Source: Macrostomum hystrix (taxonomy: Eukaryota > Animalia > Platyhelminthes). Taken from it: a stretch of 64,000 nt of DNA. Location: contig CATNEN010000002.1 of assembly GCA_950097015.1 (NCBI GenBank), positions 3,286,001 to 3,350,000 on the forward strand, given 5' to 3'. The notes beneath the pieces were generated by a model. That model had not been told where the DNA came from and ran no database searches. It saw only the letters and a program-made list of their open reading frames with translations. The position numbers were made by a program, and so were the translations under genes. Each line of letters opens with the position of its first letter. Position 1 is the stretch's first letter. Of this stretch, positions 23,101 to 34,300 are shown piece by piece.

Positions 23101-26100
23101 CCTACGAAGATGTTTAGGTTAATTTTGTTTGCGCAGAAAATCTATTTGCGCAATATTTCAGGGGCCAGGTTGCTGCTCGGGCCACCGCCTGCCGCCAGAT
23201 CCTACGAAGATGTTTCGGTTAATTTTGTTTGCGCAGAAAATCTATTTGCGCAATATTTCAGGGGCCAGGTTGCTGCCTGGGCCACCGCCTGCCGCCAGCA
23301 GCGCCCAGCATCTTAGGAGGCCCTGGGAAGGCGGCGGCATTGCTACAAGCGCTGGTAGTGATGCAGCAGCCCACGATCTCCATGAATGGAGTGGATGAAG
23401 GCAATGATGCCGACTTGCAAAGATGCAGAAATGCAAACGTGACCCCTGGTACGGGTTTAGTCTTTGTTATAAAAACATGGAAAAACTGCTTTGACCCTAG
23501 ATTTGCTTGCTGAACCCTTCCGCCGAAATTCTGGTTTCTCTTGTCCCTTGACCCGTCCTATGCGAATCATTTGCTAAACCAGCTTTATCAGTTGTAAAAC
23601 TGCTCCAAAGTGATCCAGGTGCTGGACCCAAGCCTTGCATTTTCCGAGGTTCAATTGCAAATAGCTGCTTCTCTGACAAAATTTGTGAATTTCCCCTGTC
23701 CCTCGGCTCAGAACCTTCGTGCAAAAATTGCGCTAACGTCAACTGTGACCTTAAAAGGGCACCCGTCTGCTGGTTTTTGGCCTTACCTCACAGAAAGCGC
23801 CCTGGTAGGGATCGGGGCAAACAGTGCAGCGCTCTACGGGAGCTGGTTCAGCACCCGAGCTGGTGTTGGTACTTGACTGGTACGTGATGTCCAGAATGCG
23901 CACGTTCATCTGGCCCTGGAATTGGTAGATCCGGAAGAAAATTCCACGCAGATCAGCGAGGGCGGTCATCACGTCCATTCTAGTGACGGCCGAACCGTCG
24001 ATGGCACGCAGGTTCTGCTCGTCGAGTGTCACGGAGAAGCGAGTCTCTGGGGCGCGGTTGGTGGTTCGGTCCCAATGCACCAAGGTCTGGCCTCTCCAGC
24101 CCTGATATTTGGATGAATAATAATGCATTTGAATGTAAATAACAGATGCCATTGTAGAGCAAAGCACTCTAATTTTCGACATTTGCTAAATATGAATGTC
24201 ATTCTTCATCTCAAGCACGCTCGCTGTTACGATCGTCTTCCATTCTGCTCAGCAGTTTTTTCACTTTTCACAACGGCCCCTGTCAATTTTAGCATAGACG
24301 CTGTCGCCGTACCTTGATGCCGAAGATTGGGAACGCCGTATCGGCCATCAGCGCTGTGTCCATGCGCACGTTGACTCGCACGGTGAAGCTCAATTTGCCG
24401 CCGTAGGCTGCCAGCTGAAAATGAAAGTTCACACGATTTCTTTTATTTTACATCACGAACTTGGATTCAGAGTGTCCCAGACTGTTGTCTAGCCGTACCC
24501 GCTTGCCAGACAAGCTCGTCAAGAACACGTAGGACTCGTCATCGTCTCGCAAAGCTGACGAGTCGTCTCCAGTTGGGGCCACGGCTATCTCCGCTCCGGA
24601 CTGTACTGTGAGCTTGGCGCGTGAAGTAGCGTCCTCGTACACTCCGTACAGGCCCCAGCCCATCAAACGCACCGCGGATGCTTCCACTGGTACTCGCTTC
24701 TGCAGTCGTTTGTCAAATGAAACCATGTACAGTTGATAAGCATGTCGAGACAAATTTATTAACCTATTCTAAACTGATGAGAGACTTTTCTGTACCTCTT
24801 CGAAGTAAAGGCCGGCATTTTCGCAAGCATTCGATCGGTCGGAGCAGAAGCAGGGCACGCATCCATCCGGGTGGTCCCGCCTGAGACTGTGGAAGCCCGG
24901 CTTGCACTTGTCACAGTTTTCACCTTCCACGTTCGCCTGAATTCGAAAGATGAAACAATTTCCAATTAGCTTTTTTCGTTGCACTTTATGCTCATGTGGC
25001 TTTGTACTTTTAATTTTTTCTTAAGGATGAAACAAAATCTGCGGTCAGCTGCTCACCTTGCAATTGCAGACGTTGTTCTGGCAAATGCCACCGATGTTGC
25101 AGGTCTTGTTGCAGTCGATGCCAGTGGCGACTAAATTCAGTTATCAAATTGTTGCTCAAACTTTTCTCATTGCTTTCTATCTGGCTGCGAAGAGCCAGCT
25201 AGTCTTTAATAATTATACAAAAAATCAAATGCCTGCTTGCTTGCTGCAATCGAGTAACTCCGGAAGGGCTTTACCGACTTTTATAACTCCTTGACTAAAA
25301 TATGGCCTTTCGCTTATATAAAAAGTTGATTCTCTGATGCTGGGGCACATTGGTTCTCTGCTGCTGGGGTACATTGGTTCTCTGATGCTGGGGCACATTG
25401 GTTCTCTGCTGCTGGGGCACATTGGTTCTCTGATGCTGGGGCACGTTGGTTCTCTGATGCTGGGGCACATTGGTTCTCTGATGCTGGGGCACATTGGTTC
25501 TCTGCTGCTGGGGCACATTGGTTCCCTGATGCTGGGGGACATTGGTTCTCTGATGCTGGGGGAGAGTAGGGTTTTTCTGCTCAGGTTGCCAGCCATTAGG
25601 TGATTATGTTTGGGGCCAACAGGTGGGGGCGTATCAGCTTTTTGAGAGGACAAGTGCGATTTGCATTAGAGAATAGTATAAATCCTGAAATCCTGAAGTT
25701 ACCTATTGCTAGTAAAAATGATAATATATATGTTATTCATTTAAATTTATGAAACGTGCTACTGCATTAAAGGTCATTAAATACATAATGCCGAAGGTTT
25801 GAACTGGTCCATTGATAATAGCACCAATGAACTCGGAATTCGTAATTTTGTCAGGGCTTCAAAGCTAGTTCTCCTTTACTCCGTCACTCCCTCAAAGGGG
25901 GAATCTATTTGCGCGTTACTTGCGCGTTACTTGTACAAGCCCTTGTGTGCAGTGCATTAGATTAACAACTATTATCGTTTCTAGTGTATTTTCTATCGAA
26001 ACGTACTAAAACTAATGCGTTGCTTATACTTGCAACTGACTCACACATTGGTTTTTTGTCTTTCCACATTCATAATTTCGTGTCTACCTACTTCCTTTTA

Positions 26101-28453
26101 AATGACTAGCCGCTTATTTACCATTAGCTTGCAGTCATTATTTAAACACTTGAAGGTTAGATTAGGTTAGATTAGGTTAGGTTTGCTTAGGTTAGATTTT
26201 ATCAGATTATAAAATAATGATTAAACGCTTTATAGTTATAGCTCGTAGACAGCACATCTGAGATTTGTCATTGGATTCAAAAAGTATGCACAAGAAATCC
26301 CATATAACTTGTGAAAAAAGCTCACGTGGGTCCTTAACAAGCGGTACAGGATCCGAGTATCTCCTTGTGCCAGACGGATCCACACCGGAACACCTGTACC
26401 ATTGATTCCCCCTACTTGGTCTGCGATAGTTGGAGCTCAGGGTAGAGGAAAAAGTTTTGTGCGTATTCTCCGGCGGCCCGATGGGATCATTGCGCTCATT
26501 GTTAAAGTGAAACTTGATGTCTCGGAGGCGCTTATCATGAGTGCAGTTCACAAATTTGAACCCGGGGAACGGTGACGGTCCGACTGTCACGGCTGAAAAT
26601 TCAAGACAGAAAAAGCTTGCCAGTAAAGTATTTGGAATCTACTGTGAATAACAACAGAACGTACTAATCTGAATTGGCTGCTCAAATTGCAGCGTCACAT
26701 AGTCAAACTTATCGCCCAGACGGCACTCCAGTCGGTAGTTGTGAAAGCGTGGATTGGCGCGAAATTTAATGGTGACCAGCTGGCTGGAGACGGAGTCCTT
26801 GATAGACGTCTCGAAGCCGCCGGTGTTTCGATTCACTGGAATGTCGAAAGATGGGCTGCCATCCGAAGGCTGAATGCGCCAAACAACGTCGTTGAGCTCG
26901 CCTCCGATGGGAATTTCGCATTCCAGTTCGTTTTCGGCCCCGGGGTACGTCGACAGGTCGTAGGTCGACTTGCCGTAATCGTGAATCGTAGGAACTAAAA
27001 TTTTGTTAATAAATCTTGCGTTTTTATGCCTTGCACACGAAAGTATTACGTTTTATGGACTCTGGAGAATTAGGCTCGCACACTTACCAATGACCCGAAT
27101 ATACAGAAAGGCATACTTCACTATGCCTCCGACATTGCAACGATAGTAGCCCTTTTTCCTTACATCGCAGTTCTTAACCGAGAGCACTGACGAGCTCGGG
27201 CTTTCTTGAATCTCAACGTTGTCCAGTGTACTGATATTGCGGTACGAACCAGCGGAAGCGGTGTCATCACGGAATGACCATCTGGTACTGTCAGACGGGT
27301 CCACCTTGTGGCACTCGAAAGCAACCTTGCTCTTCGGTGTGACGAAAATCGGGACGCTGGCAACATCCACCGGCACGGGCCGCATTCCGTCTGAAAAGTT
27401 GTAACCGTGCATGAAACTGTAGTCAGTACTATGTATGCATGAAACTGTAGTCAGTACTATGTAGGCATGAAACTGTAGTCAGTACTATGTATGCATGAAA
27501 CTGTAGTCAGTACTATGTATGTGAAACTGTAGTCAGTACTATGTATGCATGAAACTGTAGTCAGTACTATGTATGCATGAAACTGTAGTCAGTACTATGT
27601 ATGCATGAAACTGTAGTCAGTACTATGTATGCATGAAACTGTAGTCAGTACTATGTATGCATGAAGGCATCGAATAAAAATTCAGAGTTAGAAACTATAA
27701 GTACATACGCTCGTAGACATTGGTCATTCGGCCGTCAATGACTCGCTGAACGGAATCTTTCACAACTTTGAAAAATATGGCGGTATTCGATGGACTGGCT
27801 GTATCGGCGCACTTGTAGTACGTAAATCCAATGCCGTACTCTCTGCTCAGCTCTGAGTAGGGTAGCAACAGCTGCGGGCCCATCTGCCCGCTGATCTCGT
27901 CGAAACTAAGCGTCACATCGTTGTACTTGTACCACCTGTATGACCCACCGCTGCTCAGCGCGATCGTGCAGGTCAGAGAGGCGTCTCTATTCACCGAGAC
28001 CGATGTCTCGATAATGTTACTCGTCGGTGGCACTTGAAATAGAAAGATTGCGGTTGAAAATGAGTATTGAATGGGTTAGCAGAATTAATAAAAATTAGCT
28101 GACTCACAGTCGGTGATGACGAACAATGAAGCCCTGTACAAATTCGGAGACACGGGCGGGTCGGTCATGCAGTAGTAGGAGCCGAACCTGCTCTTGTCGT
28201 TCTGGCTTACAATCAGCAGCGGCGTCACGCTGACAACAAGGCCGTCCTTCACCCAGGCCTTGAAGCGTCCCGGGGACGACACCGTGCAGTTAATATGGAT
28301 CGGGAGCTCCTGAGCCTGGTAACGGTAGATATTCTGCACCTGGAACTCGAAAAACATTGGTTGGTTGACGGCCAGGCCCTGGGCGTTGGCACTCATTGGC
28401 GACAACAGAAGGCCAAGGAATAGGCAGGCCAGGACAACTGCTGGCTGGCCCAT
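8185..28453 (-). CDS. Ig/laminin multidomain secreted protein, paralog B (perlecan-like architecture, 24 exons, about 1930 aa)
   Basis: Exons 28108-28453, 27709-28032, 27088-27390, 26665-26994, 26326-26592, 25057-25130, 24796-24936, 24499-24699, 24313-24414, 23787-24101, 22355-22467, 22037-22104, 21126-21511, 20816-21047, 19605-20327, 19180-19334, 12482-12635, 11788-12316, 11094-11320, 10403-10593, 10092-10317, 9246-9486, 9144-9154, 8185-8318. All are GT-AG and phase-consistent, total 5793 nt. Signal peptide, Ig C..W..D-x-G-x-Y-x-C motifs (e.g. DSGRYRC), laminin EGF and IV modules, and a stop with no hydrophobic TM segment. Confidence 0.85.
8740..9015 (-). mobile_element. tRNA-derived SINE in last intron of B
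   Basis: Minus strand has an A-box-like tgattagagcg and B-box agttcgattcc; the body resembles the SINE at 40882. Left boundary approximate. Confidence 0.65.
9144..9154 (-). CDS. 11-nt micro-exon of paralog B
   Basis: tttcag|ACTACCAAAAG|gtaagg; bridges a phase-2 donor (9246) to a phase-1 acceptor (8318); identical in C. Confidence 0.75.
12812..13150 (+). mobile_element. tRNA-derived SINE
   Basis: A box tggcagagcgg, degenerate B box gagctcgattcc, unique body and AT-rich tail. Confidence 0.65.
13430..14047 (+). CDS. AlkB-family 2OG-Fe(II) dioxygenase domain (ALKBH2/3-like) at the start of LINE ORF1
   Basis: PRRTFAYG.PYTYAG, FNSALLNLYRDGKDSIGFHKDDE (HxD), LHSV (distal His), RINVTFR (RxxxxxR). 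Intronless; frameshifted relative to the ATG at 13326 and to downstream ORF1 pieces. Confidence 0.9.
   Translation: MLEDRWSVLTVSEGDQPRHSDVPFLYCYDYLGPEHKVLFEKLLQSTPWEACKCKIKGMICDEPRRTFAYGKPYTYAGVEWPENEKWPEELLKIRDQLSLETGVEFNSALLNLYRDGKDSIGFHKDDEDCLGCYPTIASLPLGSVRTLVIRNIKESRDYSLVMSPGSLLFMRGLSQTDFLHSVLKQQHSAPRINVTFRCVQKRNCG
14007..15749 (+). pseudogene. Remainder of LINE ORF1 (coiled-coil, possible SGNH-esterase-like region, RG-rich tail), frameshifted
   Basis: Overlapping ORFs 14007-14504, 14431-14919 and 15075-15749; TYAEAL motif and helical heptad-like stretch. The esterase call rests on weak motifs (VILPEK, GVHL). Confidence 0.55.
15908..18819 (+). pseudogene. LINE ORF2 (APE endonuclease, reverse transcriptase, C-terminal zinc motif), multiply disrupted
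   Basis: IGDFNART, NKHGLQLLEVC, SKHSLL (APE); LSPLLFSLYI, LLYCDDLV, INIEKTK (RT); CPKCRVEVENETH. Confidence 0.9.
17729..17910. repeat. 12-bp microsatellite (ctccatctcaat)n, about 15 units
   Basis: Perfect tandem units inside the RT region, reading as (SPSQ)n. Confidence 0.95.
19477..19541 (-). pseudogene. Degenerate tRNA-like sequence (tRNA pseudogene or SINE head)
   Basis: ggctttagctcaatggttagagc...gagttcgaaattcagcc: A and B boxes are present but the stems are imperfect. Confidence 0.5.
22739..23298. repeat. 100-bp intronic tandem repeat, copy B (about 5 units)
   Basis: 100-nt period is visible in the ORF track starts 22929/23029/23129/23229; one interruption near 22850-22900. Confidence 0.9.
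25332..25560. repeat. 24-bp minisatellite, copy B (about 9-10 units)
   Basis: ctctgatgctggggcacattggtt units. Confidence 0.92.
27409..27665. repeat. 28-bp intronic satellite, copy B (about 9 units)
   Basis: catgaaactgtagtcagtactatgtatg units. Confidence 0.95.
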
Positions 28454-28566
28454 GGCTTTGCGCTGCTGGTTGAAAATAATTTCTAGTTAATGCCTATCAG
28501 ATCCTCAAAGATTGAAGATAGAACTCCGGCGCCTAGATTTCTGCTGCAAGTGTCCATATTTATGGC

Positions 28567-28655
28567 AACGGGTCTTATAGTGGACCCGTTCACACTGCTG
28601 AGGTGGAGAGCGAGGCGACAACCAATAGAGCGAGTGCTTCGCTGGTCGCTATTGG
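28567..28655 (-). promoter_or_regulatory. Putative core promoter of paralog B
   Basis: Same inverted CCAAT pair and hairpin-embedded ctataa as in A and C. Confidence 0.4.
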
Positions 28656-29135
28656 CTGGAGCTAAGGCATGCGCATCAGGAATATCTAGAGTCGAGTTCA
28701 ACCCTCTTGTTGAGGGAGGCGCACTGGTCTGCGCCCGGTACAGTTTTAGTCCATTTGTAAAAGTGGATTCATAACTAACCATCTGAAGTGTTTTGTAATG
28801 TCTGACCTATTACAGCACTAAAACAAATACATTGCTGAACTGAAGATGCACTGGAATCGACGAAAATATTTGAAACTCTTTTTTAGCTAAGAGCTGATCA
28901 TGCGAATCTTCGATCAAAGTAGGAATAATGAACTTTTTCGTAATACGCTCGTACTGCGCGCTAAAACGTGTACCAGAGTACGATATTGAAAATGTAAGCA
29001 CCCTCATTGTTTAACTAATTAATCCAGCATAAGTCCATGAAGAATTTATTTTGTTCACATTTATTGGAGCCTCAATTCAACAAATTTTATTTCCTCATTA
29101 AACATAAGATCGCTTCATCATCAGGCTTAGTTAAA

Positions 29136-29520
29136 GCAACAACAACAAAAACAACAACAATAACAGAAACAATATACGCCAGAGTTAGAGATAAGCATCA
29201 GAAGGCAAGTTTTAAGGCCTGGGCGCGCACATAGGCAAGGTCTCTGGCAGTGTCCGGGGCGCCGGCGTCGGCAAAAGGGGAGTCGACGTACCGCCGAGTT
29301 CGTGCCTACCCACGCCGAAATTAAGTGGGGCCTGCAGCAGGCTGGGGCAGTGCTCCTCGGCACGGATGAGGTGGCCTTCCAGCTGTAGTCGCCGACGGCG
29401 CAGTAGGTCGCTTGGGTGTGCCAGGCCGGCGCGGCGATAAAGTGCCGCCTTGGTGATGAGCTCATCAAAGCCGATTCTAAAGGCAGCGCAAAGCAGGCAA
29501 GCCTGCGCTGCGTTGACTTG
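29136..29520 (-). mobile_element. 5'-truncated RTE LINE 3' fragment
   Basis: Minus translation LYRRAGLAHPSDLLRRRRLQLEGHLIRAE aligns with the C-terminus of the RTE ending at 60174 (LYERAQLQRPSTILRQRRLRLAGHVIRAE); (ttg)n tail. Confidence 0.75.
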
Positions 29521-29779
29521 ACGCTGACATTACATATGCCAAGCCTAAAAATGTCAATGGGGAAAGAATCGACGAGAAGGCCAATGAGCAGTCTTGATAT
29601 GAATTCCACAAAGGATTATAAGCAAAGGAGAGTTGCCTTGCCAGAGACGTGCGTATTGAGTTGACAACTAGCCGTGAGCTTGAGGTATAGCCACAAGCGA
29701 GATCGGCTTTACAACGACGATCGTGTTTTTCTACTTTTTTACCTCCTGGAACTACTAAGCACAAACGTTATGCTGAACT

Positions 29780-30545
29780 GCAGAGGCATTAGTCCTGCAA
29801 AAGCAATTGGAAACCACAGGAAAAATTTCGTTTCTCAGTTCGATACCCATTTGAGACAAAGGACACAGAACTCAAGCAAGCTAAGTCACTTCTATTACTC
29901 CTTCAAGCAATATTATTCAGCCGAAAAATATTTACAACAAATATACAACCCGGAGTTGAGACGTACCATAGCCTCGTTTAGACTAGGAAACCATAAGCTA
30001 GCTTGCGAAACATTGCGAACTGCGAGACCGAAAATTCCGTATGTAAATAGATTATGTAGTAAGTGCAAAACAGAAGTTGAAAACGAGGTCCACTTCCTTT
30101 TTAAGTGCACTTGGAATAAGTATAGCGCAGCACGTTCGAAATTTGAGACGGAAGTTTCTGGGAAAACCCCAATTTCATATCCTTAACAGCAGAAGAAAAA
30201 TCTAACTACATAATGGCTCAAGACGATCGGGAAACCGCTGAAGCTTTAGCAAAATACATCATAGAAATATCTAAAAAAAGGGAACAGCTGCCCTGAGACT
30301 ACGAGATCTTACTAGCATTCAACAATAGATATTTCATATTTTGTTTTATCCCTGGCGTCCCTTGTGTTTTTACTGCTCTTATTTTTAATACCTTTGCTTT
30401 CCCTTCCCAGCTCGATATTTGATTCCTACTAAACTTCGCTTTTTATGTTGCTTTTCGTTGTTCATTTAAATGTGTTGTTTAAAAATATATATAAAAAAAA
30501 TCAGCACCCATAGATGGCGTGCGCGTTTTTATAATAATAATAAAA
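29780..30545 (+). mobile_element. 5'-truncated LINE 3' fragment, relative of the 13.2-19.1 kb element
   Basis: ASFRLGNHKLACETLR..CSKC..EVENEVHFLFKC; 3' motif aaaatcagcaccc and (taa)n tail. Confidence 0.85.
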
Positions 30546-31060
30546 ACAAAACAGTATTTAGTACAGCCCTGCAAGGCAATAAATGCCTTTAAGCCGAATG
30601 AAAAAATTACCGCAGGAAAACCATGTTCCATATTTGAGATTGCAGATGTTTGCTAGCAATCGGCATGTACAAATGCTTAAGTATTATGGCAAGAATGGCA
30701 ACGCCATATAATGATTCCGAAAATGCTTATTCTCAGAATCTGCAGTGTGGGAAAAGGCTGTGGAACGAATTAGCTTAATAATGCAACTTTGCTTTAGGAC
30801 CACATCAGTTCTTTTATTTGAGCCAAAAAATGATATATTGTGTTGTTTTACTTATTAGTATGAATAAAATGTAAACTTTGAGCAATTCTATTCTTGTCCA
30901 AAGGATGGAGAATCAGGGAAACTGTTATTTTTGGGGACAGTTACGATTCTAGCAGCCATGGGGAGCTTGTAGCTGCAAGGATAAATCTGTGCATTTACGA
31001 AGGTTTTCACTCTGTAAACCAATGGTACCCTTCTGATAAATCATACTAACCCTCCATAAC

Positions 31061-31319
31061 TCATGCTACCCCTCGATATATCATGCTACCCCTCGATATA
31101 TCATGCTACCCCTCGATATATCATGCTACCCCTCGATATATCATGCTAACCCTCGATATATCATGCTACCCCTCGATATATCATGCTAACCCTCGATATA
31201 TCATGCTACCCCTCGATATATCATGCTACCCCTCGATATATCATGCTACCCCTCGATATATCATGCTAACCCTCGATATATCATGCTACCCCTCGATATA
31301 TCATGCTACCCCTCGATAA
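31061..31319. repeat. 20-bp minisatellite, about 13 units
   Basis: tcatgcta(c/a)ccctcgatata units; only about 2 units in the duplicate at 63821. Confidence 0.95.
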
Positions 31320-31331
31320 TTTGCAGTCCAC

Positions 31332-34300
31332 TTAAAGAATTTGTGCTACCACATCGATAGATAATGCTGCTTCCCGATAAATCATGCTACTTCTCGATAG
31401 TAAATTACGCTTTGAGAGATGGTTCACTGAGCTGGCCTCAGGCTTTGAAGTATGATTCACTGAGCTGGCCTCAGGCTTTGAAGTATGGTTTACTGAGCTG
31501 GCTCTAAGCTTTGAATGATGGTTCACTGAGCTGGCTCTAAGCTTTAAAGTATGGTTCACTGAGCTGGCCTCAGGCTTTGAATGATGGTTCACTGAGCTGG
31601 CTCTAAGCTTTGAATGATGGTTCACTGAGCTGGCCTCAGGCTTTGAAGGATGGTTCACTGAGCTGGCTCTAAGCTTTGAATGATGGTTCACTGAGCTGGC
31701 CTCAGGCTTTGAAGGATGGTTCACTGAGCTGGCTCTAAGCTTTGAAGGATGGTTCACTGAGCTGGCTCTAAGCTTTGAATGATGGTTCACTGAGCTGGCC
31801 TCAGGCTTTGAAGGATGGTTCACTGAGCTGGCTCTAAGCTTTAAAGTATGGTTCACTGAGCTGGCCTCAGGCTTTGAAGTATGGTTCACTGAGCTGGCTC
31901 TAAGCTTTGAATGATGGTTCACTGAGCTGGCTCTAAGCTTTGAAGGATGGTTCACTGAGCTGGCTCTAAGCTTTGAAGGATGGTTTACTGAGCTGACCTC
32001 AGGCTTTGAATGATGGTTCACTGAGCTGGCGTCAGGCTTTGAAGGATGGTTCACTGAGCTGGCTCTAAGCTTTGAAGGATGGTTCACTGAGCTGGCCTCA
32101 GGCTTTGAAAGATGGTTCACTGAGCTGGCCTCAGGCTTTGAAGTATGGTTCACTGAGCTGGCTCTAAGCTTTGAAGTATGGTTCACTGAGCTGGCTCTAA
32201 GCTTTGAAAGATGGTTCACTGAGCTGGCTCTAAGCTTTGAAGGATGGTTCACTGAGCTGGCTCTAAGCTTTGAAGGATGGTTCACTGAGCTGGCTCTAAG
32301 CTTTGAATGATGGTTCACTGAGCTGGCTCTAAGCTTTGAATGATGGTTCACTGAGCTGGCTCTAAGCTTTGAATGATGGTTCACTGAGCTGGCTCTAAGC
32401 TTTGAAGGATGGTTCACTGAGCTGGCTCTAAGCTTTGAAGGATGGTTCACTGAGCTGGCTCTAAGCTTTGAATGATGGTTCACTGAGCTGGCTCTAAGCT
32501 TTGAATGATGGTTCACTGAGCTGGCTCTAAGCTTTGAAGGATGGTTCACTGAGCTGGCTCTAAGCTTTGAAGGATGGTTCACTGAGCTGGCTCTAAGCTT
32601 TGAAGGATGGTTCACTGAGCTGGCTCTAAGCTTTGAAGGATGGTTCACTGAGCTGGCTCTAAGCTTTGAAGGATGGTTCACTGAGCTGGCTCCAGGCTTT
32701 GAATGATGGTTCACTGAGCTGGCTCTAAGCTTTGAAGGATGGTTCACTGAGCTGGCTCTAAGCTTTGAATGATGGTTCACTGAGCTGGCTCTAAGCTTTG
32801 AAGGATGGTTCACTGAGCTGGCTCTAAGCTTTGAAGGATGGTTCACTGAGCTGGCCTCAGGCTTTGAATGATGGTTCACTGAGCTGGCGTCAGGCTTTGA
32901 AGGATGGTTTACTGAGCTGGCTCTAAGCTTTGAAGGATGGTTTACTGAGCTGGCTCTAAGCTTTGAAGGATGGTTCACTGAGCTGGCTCTAAGCTTTGAA
33001 GGATGGTTCACTGAGCTGGCTCTAAGCTTTGAAGGATGGTTCACTGAGCTGGCTCTAAGCTTTGAAGGATGGTTCACTGAGCTGGCTCTAAGCTTTGAAG
33101 GATGGTTCACTGAGCTGGCTCTAAGCTTTGAAGGATGGTTCACTGAGCTGGCTCTAAGCTTTGAAGGATGGTTCACTGAGCTGGCTCTAAGCTTTGAAGG
33201 ATGATGCCTTGAACTAGCCAATGGCTTTGAGAAACGGGGCATGGATTTGTCCACAGTCTTTAAGGGATGGTTCCCTGCACTCGCCTCACGCTTAAACGAC
33301 TCTTTCATCCTGCTGGCTCCAGGCTTTGAAGTTGGATGTTGATGTTGGACAATAGAAGTCTGTGGCTTTGTTGAAAAAGTGATGCGTTTTGTTTGCGCAC
33401 GTGTCGGCAAATTAAAAGCACGTTCTTTTTCGCGATTCCTTCGATTGATTGGTAAGTGAGCATTCTTATTCTCTGAAAGGTGGTTCAACTTTTCTCTCAC
33501 CCATTGAATGTTCTGTTCATCGTTCGTCTTCATGACAACGCGTCTCTCGTCCCTGATGGTCTCAATCTGCTGCAGACAAAACTGCATGTGTAAGCGCTGG
33601 TCGCTGTAGTGAGCCAGAGTGAGCAGTTCCTCCAGGTCCGGGTCGTCTAGCAGCTCTGACAGCCACGCATCAAAGTCGATGCCTTCAGCAGTGCGGAGCC
33701 GCTCAGCTTGCAGGCTCCAGATCAGGCAGCGGAAGTTCACGTACAGGTGAGATGCGCGAGGATGCGACAGTCTGGCTGTGAGCAAAGTCCGCGTGAACTC
33801 GGGAATGAACGGAAAGCTCGGTGGAGTGTCGGCTGGGAGGCAGAACCTCCACGCCCAGTCCGAGTCAGTGCGATCGAAGTCTCGGTGTTTGATCTCAGCC
33901 GGCTCCCAGCCTCTCTTGACTTTGTGATGCAGCAGAGCCATCAGGTGCGCATCGGCTTTTCCGCAGCGATGGAACTTCAAATGCGCCATGACGGTCAAGC
34001 AGACGGCTGCGCACTTGCACCAGGGCAGCCCACGGATGAGCTCGATCTGCTTCATCAAGGCTTCTTCGTCACAAAAGTCTGATTGCAGCTCAGTCAGACA
34101 ATGGTACACAATGCTATACACATCTAGGCACTTCTGTGAGAATTCAATACATCCATCTCGGACTTGGGAAGCCAAGGGCGGCTGCGTCAGCGTTAGCAGA
34201 GTAAACAGGTGGAAATAAAATTTCTTAGACTTCAACGGTTTTAACTGGCTCATCATAAATTTCAACACTACACCACTGTCGTCTCTCAGCTCACTCAGTC

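Noticed and set aside
8185-28453. Assigning the symbol HSPG2/unc-52 (perlecan)
   Set aside because: No LDLa or laminin G domains, only one laminin IV module, and multiple tandem copies; the resemblance is architectural only.
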